Shown here: positions 44,859 to 53,318 of the stretch, piece after piece
Layout: each line of letters opens with the position of its first letter
Numbering within the stretch: the stretch's first letter is position 1
Assembly: GCA_963760915.1 (NCBI GenBank)
Contig: CAVXEU010000003.1
Coordinates: 266,370 to 330,369 of the forward strand
Direction: 5' to 3'
Origin: an uncultured Bacteroidales bacterium
Lineage (GTDB): Bacteria; Bacteroidota; Bacteroidia; Bacteroidales; VadinHA17
DNA: 64,000 nt
The notes under the pieces: model-generated
Database searches by the model: none
Seen by the model: the letters and a program-made list of their open reading frames with translations, nothing else
Told to the model about the DNA's origin: nothing
Translations under genes and position numbers: made by a program

Positions 44859-46106
44859 CTACCTGAATACAATTCTTAACCGAACTTCATCTTCAATTGG
44901 CTTTCCGTTCTCCAAAGCCGGCTTCCATGACGGACCTGATTGAATGAGTCTGAGAGCTTCATCAGAGAAGGGCTTTCCCGGACTTCTCACAATTCTCAAG
45001 CTGTCAATTTTTCCGTCAGTTTTTACGATAAAGCCTATAACAACTACAACTCGCTGACCCGATGTCAATGTATCAGGCCTCCTCAGGTTTTTCTCAATAT
45101 ACTTATCAAAGGCTGACCTTCCATTGACAGGCTGAGGAGCACTGTATCCGGTTAGTTCGGCTCCTTTTTTCGAATCAGTTCTGACAGAACCATAACCTGT
45201 AACTACTACTTCACTGAGGGCAGAAACAGAAGGAACGAGGCTTACTGTCAGCTGAGTATCAGCTTTTGCCTCAAACTCTTTTGATTCCATCCCGATATAA
45301 TCTGCAATAAGAGTCCTGCTGTCAGAATCGGGGATAGTAATATTGAAATTGCCTCCGGCATCATTAACGACTCCTTTATTAGTCCCTTTAATTGATACAT
45401 TGACTCCCGGAAGAGGCATCCTGTCCTCAGAAGAGACAACTTTCCCCCTTACACTGGTTCCGCCATAACTTCTTGCTTTAGCCATAACAGCCAGTGGTGC
45501 GGCAACCTTTCTGGTTTCAGCATATCCCTCTGCAGCCATAACTTTAATCTCCGGAATTGAGTCCCTGAGCGGAGCTGCAGCAACCTTTGACTCTTCATCT
45601 TTTCCGGTCACCTCAGATGTCTCTGACAAGATCATATTGTCTGCAGGTTTAGCAGGCTTATTCTCTGTCTTTAAAATAGATCTTTCTGAAGCCTTATTTT
45701 TTACTACCGGTTCTTTAAGGGGATTATTTCTGGCTATTTGTATAGGAACACTTTGAATTGACTTATCAGTCAGACTTTTATCTGGTCTGTCTCTTTCAAC
45801 CAGGAGATAAACCGTAGAAATTAATACCAAAACTGCAACCGAGGCAGCAATACGGAAATATATAAAATTCTTTCTCTGGGCAGTCCTGCTTTTTAAACGT
45901 TTTTGGAGGAGAGCCATGTCACTGAAGGCTTCTTTCGGATTAACTGATTCAAAACCTTCAGCTGCCTCTTCTGTAAAGGGATCCTTCTGCAGCTCTTTTT
46001 CAAAAGCATTTCTCTCTTGCCCTCTCATTTCACCCCGATTATAACGGAGAAAACCGGTAAGCAGCCTTTTTATATTTTTATTTCTGTCTGACATCTTTTT
46101 CTTCAA
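44859..46106 (-). CDS. Anti-sigma-like membrane protein with CarboxypepD_reg-like and TonB C-terminal domains
   Basis: The protein has an N-terminal cytoplasmic segment and one TM helix (FRIAASVAVLVLISTVYLLV). A SusC-like domain follows (VRGKVVSSEDRMPLPGVNVSIKGT...EVVVTGYG). The C-terminal TonB_C-like domain reads GRSAFDKYIEKNLRRP...VVIGFIVKTDGKI. Its start overlaps the stop of the upstream ECF sigma gene. Confidence 0.7.
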   Translation of the reverse strand: MKKKMSDRNKNIKRLLTGFLRYNRGEMRGQERNAFEKELQKDPFTEEAAEGFESVNPKEAFSDMALLQKRLKSRTAQRKNFIYFRIAASVAVLVLISTVYLLVERDRPDKSLTDKSIQSVPIQIARNNPLKEPVVKNKASERSILKTENKPAKPADNMILSETSEVTGKDEESKVAAAPLRDSIPEIKVMAAEGYAETRKVAAPLAVMAKARSYGGTSVRGKVVSSEDRMPLPGVNVSIKGTNKGVVNDAGGNFNITIPDSDSRTLIADYIGMESKEFEAKADTQLTVSLVPSVSALSEVVVTGYGSVRTDSKKGAELTGYSAPQPVNGRSAFDKYIEKNLRRPDTLTSGQRVVVVIGFIVKTDGKIDSLRIVRSPGKPFSDEALRLIQSGPSWKPALENGKPIEDEVRLRIVFR

Positions 46107-46674
46107 GACAAAGTTTCAGATTTCTTTTCGCATTCTGAAGATGACTCTTCACTTTTTTCTCATCGAGGCCCATATGTATTGCGATCTCGTTGTAGCACCT
46201 GTTATCATAATAAAATAGTCTTATGCATTCTTTCTGTTCATCCTTCAACCGCTCAATACATCCCACCAGGGCATCTTCCATATCGGGTTTCTCTTCGTCT
46301 ATAGGATGCATAATGTTACTGTATTCCATAAAAATGAGAGGATCATTTATCCATTCATCTAATTTTTCAGCCCCGGACTTCTGTGATCTTAACTGCATAA
46401 GACAGTAGTTCTTTGTAACCACGTGCAGCCAGCTTTTAAAGTTCTCTATCCGATGGCGGGGTAGCTCTGTAACAAGTTTCTCAAATATCTGCATTACAGC
46501 ATCCATTGATTCATCTCTGTTCTTCAGGTATTTAAGACAAACTCCATAAACAAGAGGCATATAAGAAGAATAGAGATTACCAAGTATCTCAAGTTCCCCG
46601 GTTGAAGTGAAATCCTTCAGGATTTCCTCATCTGACTTAAGTACCCTCTTCCTGCTCCGTATCTTAAAAACCAT
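46078..46674 (-). CDS. ECF-type RNA polymerase sigma-70 factor
   Basis: Region 2-like (LGNLYSSYMPLVYGVCLKYLKNRDESMDAVMQIF) and region 4-like (CYNEIAIHMGLDEKKVKSHLQNAKRNL) segments are present. I prefer the ATG at 46674. The track start is 46719. Confidence 0.8.
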   Translation of the reverse strand: MVFKIRSRKRVLKSDEEILKDFTSTGELEILGNLYSSYMPLVYGVCLKYLKNRDESMDAVMQIFEKLVTELPRHRIENFKSWLHVVTKNYCLMQLRSQKSGAEKLDEWINDPLIFMEYSNIMHPIDEEKPDMEDALVGCIERLKDEQKECIRLFYYDNRCYNEIAIHMGLDEKKVKSHLQNAKRNLKLCLEEKDVRQK

Positions 46675-46850
46675 CACAGTTAATACATAATGATTTAATA
46701 TCAACATCCCTTGCCTCATGCCCTATACCACAAACTGCGGGCCAATAATTAGCCTTAAAGATAAATCAATTGGAAAATAACTGATCATAATTTATGGAAT
46801 TCACCAAAACCGGGCATCATATGATAAATGTTTAACCAAAATCACATATC

Positions 46851-48719
46851 ATGAAAAACAACTTATCAATCTTCGCAATACTGATCCTGGCAGCAATTAT
46901 GATTGCCTTTACCGGATCAGTAACAATTACCGGAAAAGTTACAGACAATAAAGGTCAGCCAATTCCAGGTGTCTCAGTTAAGGTAAAAGGGACTTCAACA
47001 GGAACAATTACCGATTATAATGGCAATTTTACAATTACGATTGATCAGAATGCAAAGATCCTGATCTTCTCATTTATCGGTTTTGCATCTGTCGAAGAAA
47101 AGATTGGGGACAAGACCATAATGAATGTAAAAATGACCGAAGATGTCTCAAAATTGGACGAGGTAGTAGTTACTGGTTATGGAGCCAGTAAGAATATGTC
47201 GTCGAGGCAGATGTCTAAGGCAGCACCTTCAGGAGTGGGTTATATGTCAAACAGGTCTTTTCCCCGGTTTAATAATAATTTTAATACGGAAGGATACGCT
47301 GCTGTCAGGGAGAACGGTTATAAAATAGTGAAAATTAATCCATTATCTACATTCTCCATCGATGTTGATAATGCTTCTTACTCAAACATAAGAAGGTTTA
47401 TCAATATGGGGCAGATTCCGCCTGCTGATGCAGTCAGAGTTGAAGAGATGATCAATTATTTTAAATATGATTATCCGGAACCAGGTGGCGAACATCCGTT
47501 TTCGGTCTACACCGAACTGGCTGTTTGTCCCTGGAATAAAAATCATCAGCTGCTACAGATAGGTTTAAGAGGTAAAAGCATTGATAAATCTTCTCTTCCG
47601 CCCTCAAACCTTGTTTTCCTTATTGATGTTTCAGGATCAATGGGGTCTCCTAATAAGCTTCCTCTTCTTAAGTCAGCTTTCGGTTTACTGGTAAATGAAC
47701 TAAGGCAACAGGATCGTGTTGCAATCGTAGTATACGCAGGAGCGGCAGGACTGGTACTGGAATCAACACCGGGAAACAGGAAAGAGGCTATAATGGCAGC
47801 CATTGATAATCTGGAAGCAGGTGGATCAACTGCAGGTGGTGCGGGACTGAAACTGGCTTATTCTGAAGCTGAAAAGAATTTTATTAAAGGCGGTAATAAC
47901 AGGATAATTCTGGCAACCGACGGAGACTTTAATGTCGGGGAATCGAGCAATGGAGGCATGGAGAGACTGGTTGAATCGAAACGTGAACTTGGAGTGTTTA
48001 TAACAGTTCTGGGTTTTGGAATGGGTAATGTAAAAGATGATAAAATGGAGATAATTGCAGATAAGGGAAATGGCAACTACTCATATATTGATAACCTGCA
48101 GGAAGCCAGAAAAGTGCTTGTCCGTGAGTTTGGCGGAACTCTGTTTACAATAGCTAAGGATGTGAAATTCCAGATAGAGTTTAATCCGGCTAAAGTTCAA
48201 TCATACAGACTTATAGGCTATGAAAACAGATTGCTTGATGAAGAAGATTTTAATGACGATACCAAAGATGCCGGAGAGATGGGAGCAGGACATACAGTAA
48301 CAGCACTTTACGAACTGGTTCCAGCCGGAACAGTTGAAAAGATACCTTCGGTCGATCCTCTCAGATATCAGCAACAGACTTCTGAAAACTATGGAAAGAA
48401 TGATTTTTCAGCTGAATACCTTACAATAAAGATTCGCTATAAAAAACCAGATGGCAGTACAAGTAAACTATTTGAAAAACCGGTAAGAGGCTATTTGAAT
48501 GATTTTGAGGATGTTTCGGACAATCTCCGGTTTGCTGCAGCAGTGGCTGAGTTTGGTATGATACTAAGAAATTCAGAATACAGGGGAAATGCAACCCTTG
48601 GCAGTGCCTCTGTCCTAGCAAAGTCTTCGAGGGGTGAGGATGAAGACGGATACAGATCTGAAATGATCAGGTTGATCAATACTGTGCAAGATATGAGAGT
48701 ACTTGCAGATAAAGAATAA
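46851..48719 (+). CDS. von Willebrand factor A domain protein (YfbK-like) with N-terminal CarboxypepD_reg domain
   Basis: The N-terminal domain reads TITGKVTDNKGQPIPGVSVKVKGT...DEVVVTGYG. The vWA MIDAS motif is FLIDVSGSM, followed by ILATDGDFNVG. Confidence 0.8.
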   Translation: MKNNLSIFAILILAAIMIAFTGSVTITGKVTDNKGQPIPGVSVKVKGTSTGTITDYNGNFTITIDQNAKILIFSFIGFASVEEKIGDKTIMNVKMTEDVSKLDEVVVTGYGASKNMSSRQMSKAAPSGVGYMSNRSFPRFNNNFNTEGYAAVRENGYKIVKINPLSTFSIDVDNASYSNIRRFINMGQIPPADAVRVEEMINYFKYDYPEPGGEHPFSVYTELAVCPWNKNHQLLQIGLRGKSIDKSSLPPSNLVFLIDVSGSMGSPNKLPLLKSAFGLLVNELRQQDRVAIVVYAGAAGLVLESTPGNRKEAIMAAIDNLEAGGSTAGGAGLKLAYSEAEKNFIKGGNNRIILATDGDFNVGESSNGGMERLVESKRELGVFITVLGFGMGNVKDDKMEIIADKGNGNYSYIDNLQEARKVLVREFGGTLFTIAKDVKFQIEFNPAKVQSYRLIGYENRLLDEEDFNDDTKDAGEMGAGHTVTALYELVPAGTVEKIPSVDPLRYQQQTSENYGKNDFSAEYLTIKIRYKKPDGSTSKLFEKPVRGYLNDFEDVSDNLRFAAAVAEFGMILRNSEYRGNATLGSASVLAKSSRGEDEDGYRSEMIRLINTVQDMRVLADKE

Positions 48720-48720
48720 T

Positions 48721-48830
48721 TTTCTTTTTTTCTATCTGCTATCTGTTGCATCTGTGATTATCTGTACAACAATTATTAAGTTATTATACAGAGATTTACT
48801 GAACAGCACTGTGTAAAGTATAACAACATT
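48721..48830. repeat. REP-like CTGT-rich / ACAG-rich imperfect palindrome just after the vWA stop codon
   Basis: TCTATCTGCTATCTGTTGCATCTGTGATTATCTGTACAACAATT... faces ...TACAGAGATTTACTGAACAGCACTGTGTA. The CTGTGAT..ACAACAATT start resembles the sequence directly after the aminopeptidase P stop (34477-34495). Confidence 0.35.
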
Positions 48831-48846
48831 GATTATAAGGTTATTG

Positions 48847-48885
48847 AAAAATGAGATAGTTGCCTTCAGTAGCTGTCTCATTTTT
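48847..48885 (+). terminator. Candidate intrinsic terminator downstream of the vWA gene
   Basis: The sequence is AAAAATGAGATAG-ttgccttcagtag-CTGTCTCATTTTT. On the + strand RNA it forms a 9-bp stem with one G-U wobble, followed by U5. On the - strand the wobble would be an A-C mismatch. Confidence 0.45.
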
Positions 48886-48970
48886 ATACATTTGTTTCTT
48901 GCAGCATCTCTGTTTATTTTATGTCTTTGTTCTGAATTATTAAATCAAATCAAATCAATTTACTTACGCA

Positions 48971-51397
48971 ATGCTTAAGAACTTCTTTGTAAATGCCATC
49001 CGAAATCTAAGGAAGCAACCGGGTTATGTTTTGTTAAATATAGGCGGACTTGCCATAGGCTTGACAAGTTTCCTTTTTATTTCACTGTATGTTATAAATG
49101 AGCTCAGCTATGACAGGTTCCATAAGAACTATAAGAACATTTATAGTGTGAAAGTTGTGGGTCATATGTCAGGGGGTGTACTTGATCAGGCAGTTACTGC
49201 AGCTCCCATGGCTCAAGCCATGCTATCTGATTATCCCGAGGTGCTGGAAGCGACAAGAGTTACCAAACTTGGAGCCTGGCTGATACGCTTCGGAGATAAA
49301 AGGTTTAATGAAGATGGAGTCCTTTTTGCTGATTCAACCTTCTTCAATGTTTTTGATTTCAAGCTATTAAGAGGTGATCCCAGGACAGCTCTTGTGAGGC
49401 CGAAATCAATTATTCTGACGGAAGAATATGCAAATAAGTATTTTGGCGACCAGGATCCGATGGGACAACGTATGAGCTTAGAGGCTGATACGAATCTTTA
49501 TACTGTGACAGGTGTAGTACAGAACATCCCCGACAATTCACATATTAAGTTTGACATTCTGGCATCAGTGAGCTCCTATCCGGGGATAGCAAACAATCCG
49601 CAATGGGTAAATCATAATTTCTATACATATATTGTTGTAAGGGATGGTACGGATAAAGATGTTTTGCAACAAAAATTCCAGGAGATGGTTATTAAATATG
49701 TCGGACCTCAGATACGGCAGATACTTGGTATTTCGATTGATGATTTCAGAAAAGCCGGAAATGATTTCAGTTATGTTATTGAACCTCTGAAGGATCTGCA
49801 TCTGAGGGGGGCAACACAGTATAACCTCGAACCCATGGGTTCCATTTCCACAGTTTATATTTTTGCTGTTGTTGCATTACTCATATTGATTATCGCTATT
49901 ATTAACTATGTCAATCTTGCCACTGCAAAATCGGCTAACAGAGCCAAAGAAGTAGGTGTCAGGAAAGTATCGGGGGCCAACAGGGCAGGTCTTATTTTAC
50001 AGTTCCTCGGAGAATCACTGATAATCGTATCATTCGCCGGATTGATCGCAATAATTGCATTATATGCCCTTACACCTTCCTTTAATCAGCTTATTGGAAA
50101 GAATCTCTCGATTTCTCTTTTTGATAGTTATATAGGAATACTTGCTTTCATCTTCCTGATAATAGTCGTTGGTATATCGGCAGGCTTTTATCCTGCTTTT
50201 ATCCTGGCTTCATTTAACCCCGTCGAAGTATTGAAGGGAACATTAAATCCGGGCTCCATGTCCAAAAAGTTGAGAGGATTGCTGGTTGTTTTCCAGTTTA
50301 CTGTTTCAATAATAATCATAATCGGGTCTATAATTGTATATAACCAGCTGAATTTCATGACAAAAAAGGATCTGGGATTCAATAAGGAAAATCTTGTCAT
50401 CATACGAAGGCCTGATTCGTTTTTCCGTCAGATGAAATCTTTCAGGGACAGGCTCCTGCAAATTCCGGGGATTGAAGAGGTCGGATTCTCAAGAGCAGTT
50501 CCCGGAACATATTTTAATAATAATGCATTTTTTAAAGATGAGGATCCCGATAAAAACACATATCTGTTGAATCAGGCGCAGGTGAGTTTTGATTTTCCCA
50601 AGGCACTTGGTGTCAGGCTTGTCGCAGGAAGGTTCTTCTCCACAGAATATGGCAGTGATTCAACTTCGGTACTTATAAACGAAGCTGCGGTTAAATCTCT
50701 TGGACTGGTTGATCCGATAGGGAAATATATTCTTCAGCCGCGGGGTCCTCAGCAATTCCAGAAACTTCAGATTATAGGTGTGATGAAAGATTTTAATATC
50801 GAATCGATGCATAAGGCTATTACCCCGGTGATTTTTACTGTACTTGGTCAGGGTGGAGGCGATCAGTACGCCACAGTAAGGCTTTCCGGCACAGATGTGA
50901 ATTCTACTCTGAAAGCTATTGAACAGACCTGGCAGACCTTTACCACAAGGCAACCGTTTCAGTATGACTTTTTCTCCGACTTGTGGAATAATCTATATTC
51001 CTCCGAGATGAAAACAGGAAAAATATTCATTTTGTTTTCCATACTGGCAATCTTTATTGCCTGTTTGGGTCTTATCGGCCTTGTAACTTATATCACGAAT
51101 AAAAGAACAAGGGAGATAGGAATCAGAAAAACATACGGAGCTTCAAATCAAATTGTACTGGGTCTGTTATCGGCGGAAGTAATGTACCTTATACTTATAT
51201 CCTCTTTAATAGCATATCCTGTTGCCTACTTCGGATCAAAATACTGGCTTGAAAGTTTTGCAGATAAAGTAAAAATAAGTCCGGTCATTTATATTGCAGC
51301 AACGTTAATAGGTCTTGCTATAGGTTGGATATCAATAAGTTATCAAACTATTAAAGCAGCAAATTACAATCCTGCAAAAGCCCTAAGGATAGAATAG
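48971..51397 (+). CDS. MacB/FtsX-type ABC transporter permease (second paralog)
   Basis: The 808-aa ORF has an N-terminus MLKNFFVNAIRNLRKQPGYVLLNIGGLAIG. Its architecture parallels that of 38455..40827. No ATPase gene is adjacent. Confidence 0.8.
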   Translation: MLKNFFVNAIRNLRKQPGYVLLNIGGLAIGLTSFLFISLYVINELSYDRFHKNYKNIYSVKVVGHMSGGVLDQAVTAAPMAQAMLSDYPEVLEATRVTKLGAWLIRFGDKRFNEDGVLFADSTFFNVFDFKLLRGDPRTALVRPKSIILTEEYANKYFGDQDPMGQRMSLEADTNLYTVTGVVQNIPDNSHIKFDILASVSSYPGIANNPQWVNHNFYTYIVVRDGTDKDVLQQKFQEMVIKYVGPQIRQILGISIDDFRKAGNDFSYVIEPLKDLHLRGATQYNLEPMGSISTVYIFAVVALLILIIAIINYVNLATAKSANRAKEVGVRKVSGANRAGLILQFLGESLIIVSFAGLIAIIALYALTPSFNQLIGKNLSISLFDSYIGILAFIFLIIVVGISAGFYPAFILASFNPVEVLKGTLNPGSMSKKLRGLLVVFQFTVSIIIIIGSIIVYNQLNFMTKKDLGFNKENLVIIRRPDSFFRQMKSFRDRLLQIPGIEEVGFSRAVPGTYFNNNAFFKDEDPDKNTYLLNQAQVSFDFPKALGVRLVAGRFFSTEYGSDSTSVLINEAAVKSLGLVDPIGKYILQPRGPQQFQKLQIIGVMKDFNIESMHKAITPVIFTVLGQGGGDQYATVRLSGTDVNSTLKAIEQTWQTFTTRQPFQYDFFSDLWNNLYSSEMKTGKIFILFSILAIFIACLGLIGLVTYITNKRTREIGIRKTYGASNQIVLGLLSAEVMYLILISSLIAYPVAYFGSKYWLESFADKVKISPVIYIAATLIGLAIGWISISYQTIKAANYNPAKALRIE

Positions 51398-51531
51398 AAA
51401 ATCCGGTTCTCCAGGGTAATATTATAAAGAGCCAAGTATTTTTTAACTTTTTTAAGCTTAGGAGTTATTACTGGAAAATACTATCATTAATTCTCAGGAA
51501 TTGGACGACAATGCAGTAATGTCTGTCGCAA

Positions 51532-51813
51532 TTGCCGGTAATCAGACCAGATGGACAATTTACTGCAGCTGCAGATAGCTGTAATGATAATATCGGATTC
51601 AGGGTTAAAAACGAAGAGGTCATTCCCGGGGATGTACAAATTCAGCTCTTCAGGAGATCTTTCAGTACGAAAGATCAAAACCACGTGATTGGTTTCTATA
51701 GTGTTAGGCTGCCCACTGAAAACTACCTTAATGGCATGGTGAGTTTTGAAAGTATCATAAGAAAAGGAACAGTCTTCACAGTTGAACCAAACAGGTCATT
51801 AAAAAGCAAATAA
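51532..51813 (+). CDS. Hypothetical protein (weak call)
   Basis: The 93-aa ORF has only a TTG start, and I recognise no motif. An overlapping 65-aa ORF on the opposite strand is equally unsupported. It is listed only because the 460-bp gap is otherwise empty. Confidence 0.2.
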   Translation: MPVIRPDGQFTAAADSCNDNIGFRVKNEEVIPGDVQIQLFRRSFSTKDQNHVIGFYSVRLPTENYLNGMVSFESIIRKGTVFTVEPNRSLKSK

Positions 51814-51858
51814 TTTGTTTTTCAATTGATGTTAACAGGATCAGCCACAAACAATTCT

Positions 51859-53277
51859 TTATTTTTTAAGGAATCTGTCAATTTCCTTTGCTGCATTACG
51901 GCCTGAAGCAATTGCATTTACAACAAGGCTTGCTCCGCTGACTGAATCTCCAGCTGCAAACACTTTTTCATGACTTGTAAACAAGTTCTTATCGACCTTA
52001 ATATTTTTTTTGTGATCAAGCTCTAATTCCAGTTCATTAAGCAACCCTTCCAGTACAGGATGAACAAATCCCATTGCAAGCAGTACGAGGTCGGCGTCAA
52101 TTATTCTACGACTCCCCGGAATAACCTCCATAGAATAGTTACCATTAATTTTCTTCCATTTCACCTCTTCTGTCTCAACTCCGGATACATGGTTATCTTT
52201 CCCAATAAATTTCACCGAAGAGAGGCTCCAGCATCTTTCACATCCCTCCTCATGAGAAGTGGATGTTTTAAGAACCTTACCGAAGTAAGGCCAGGGATTG
52301 TCATCTGTACGGGTCAAAGGAGGCTTGGGCATTATCTCAATCTGGGTAACGCTTGCAGCTTTCTGCCTGACAGATGTACCAACACAATCTGAGCCGGTAT
52401 CACCGCCTCCGATTATCAGCACCTTTTTACCTTCCGCATTAATTGTATTAGATGTAACAGGGATCTGCCCAGCATTAACACGATTCTGCATTGAAAGAAA
52501 ATCCATTGCATAATGGATCCCGGCAAGTTCCCTTCCTTCAATTTTCAAGTCACGCGGGTGTGTCGAGCCTACAGCAAGGCAAATCGCATCAAACTGTTCC
52601 AGAAGTTCTTTACCTGAGATATCTTTGCCCGCGCTTATCCCTGTTCTGACGATAAGTCCTTCTTTTATCATAAGATCTATACGACGGTCGATGGTAGCTT
52701 TGCTTAGTTTAAAATCAGGTATTCCATATCTTAGTAATCCACCCGGTTTCTCGTCCTTTTCGAAAAGTGTTACAAGATGGCCGGCTTTATTTAACAGATC
52801 GGCAGCAGCCATACCAGCTGGTCCGCTTCCGATAACGGCAACTTTTTTACCTGAACGTACTTTTGGAGGTTCAGGCTTTATGTAACCTTCGGAAAATGCT
52901 TTTTCCACAATAGCAACTTCGTTTTCACGTATAGTCACGGGTTCCTGGTTTATATTCAGAACACATGCATGTTCGCAACTAGCCGGACATATACGGCCTG
53001 TGAATTCAGGAAAGTTATTCGTAGCCGACAGCCTCAGGTATGCAGCTTTCCATTCGCCCTTGTAGAGCAGGTCGTTCCATTCCGGAATTAAATTATCAAC
53101 CGGGCAGCTCCAGTGGCAGAATGGTATGCCACAATCCATACATCTGGATGCCTGAAGCATCCTGTCTTCACTGTTCAAAACCTGTTCGACTTCGCTGTGG
53201 TCACATATTCGTTCGTTCAGCGGTCTGTTTCCAGCTTCCTTTCTTCTTATTTTTAAGAATCCGGTAATATCAGCCAT
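51859..53277 (-). CDS. gltD: Glutamate synthase (NADPH) small subunit
   Basis: N-terminal Fe-S Cys clusters (CMDCGIPFC...CP, CPASCEHAC) are present. There are two Rossmann motifs (VAVIGSGPAGMAAA, VLIIGGGDTGSDC). The gene lies immediately downstream of gltB. Confidence 0.9.
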   Translation of the reverse strand: MADITGFLKIRRKEAGNRPLNERICDHSEVEQVLNSEDRMLQASRCMDCGIPFCHWSCPVDNLIPEWNDLLYKGEWKAAYLRLSATNNFPEFTGRICPASCEHACVLNINQEPVTIRENEVAIVEKAFSEGYIKPEPPKVRSGKKVAVIGSGPAGMAAADLLNKAGHLVTLFEKDEKPGGLLRYGIPDFKLSKATIDRRIDLMIKEGLIVRTGISAGKDISGKELLEQFDAICLAVGSTHPRDLKIEGRELAGIHYAMDFLSMQNRVNAGQIPVTSNTINAEGKKVLIIGGGDTGSDCVGTSVRQKAASVTQIEIMPKPPLTRTDDNPWPYFGKVLKTSTSHEEGCERCWSLSSVKFIGKDNHVSGVETEEVKWKKINGNYSMEVIPGSRRIIDADLVLLAMGFVHPVLEGLLNELELELDHKKNIKVDKNLFTSHEKVFAAGDSVSGASLVVNAIASGRNAAKEIDRFLKK

Positions 53278-53318
53278 AATTTATTTTTAAAATATTTCTA
53301 ATAGTATTATAGTATTAA

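Noticed and set aside
51487-51684. 65-aa minus-strand ORF in the gap before gltD.
   Set aside because: It overlaps the equally weak 93-aa + ORF, has no motif and no sensible start context. I cannot tell which, if either, is real.
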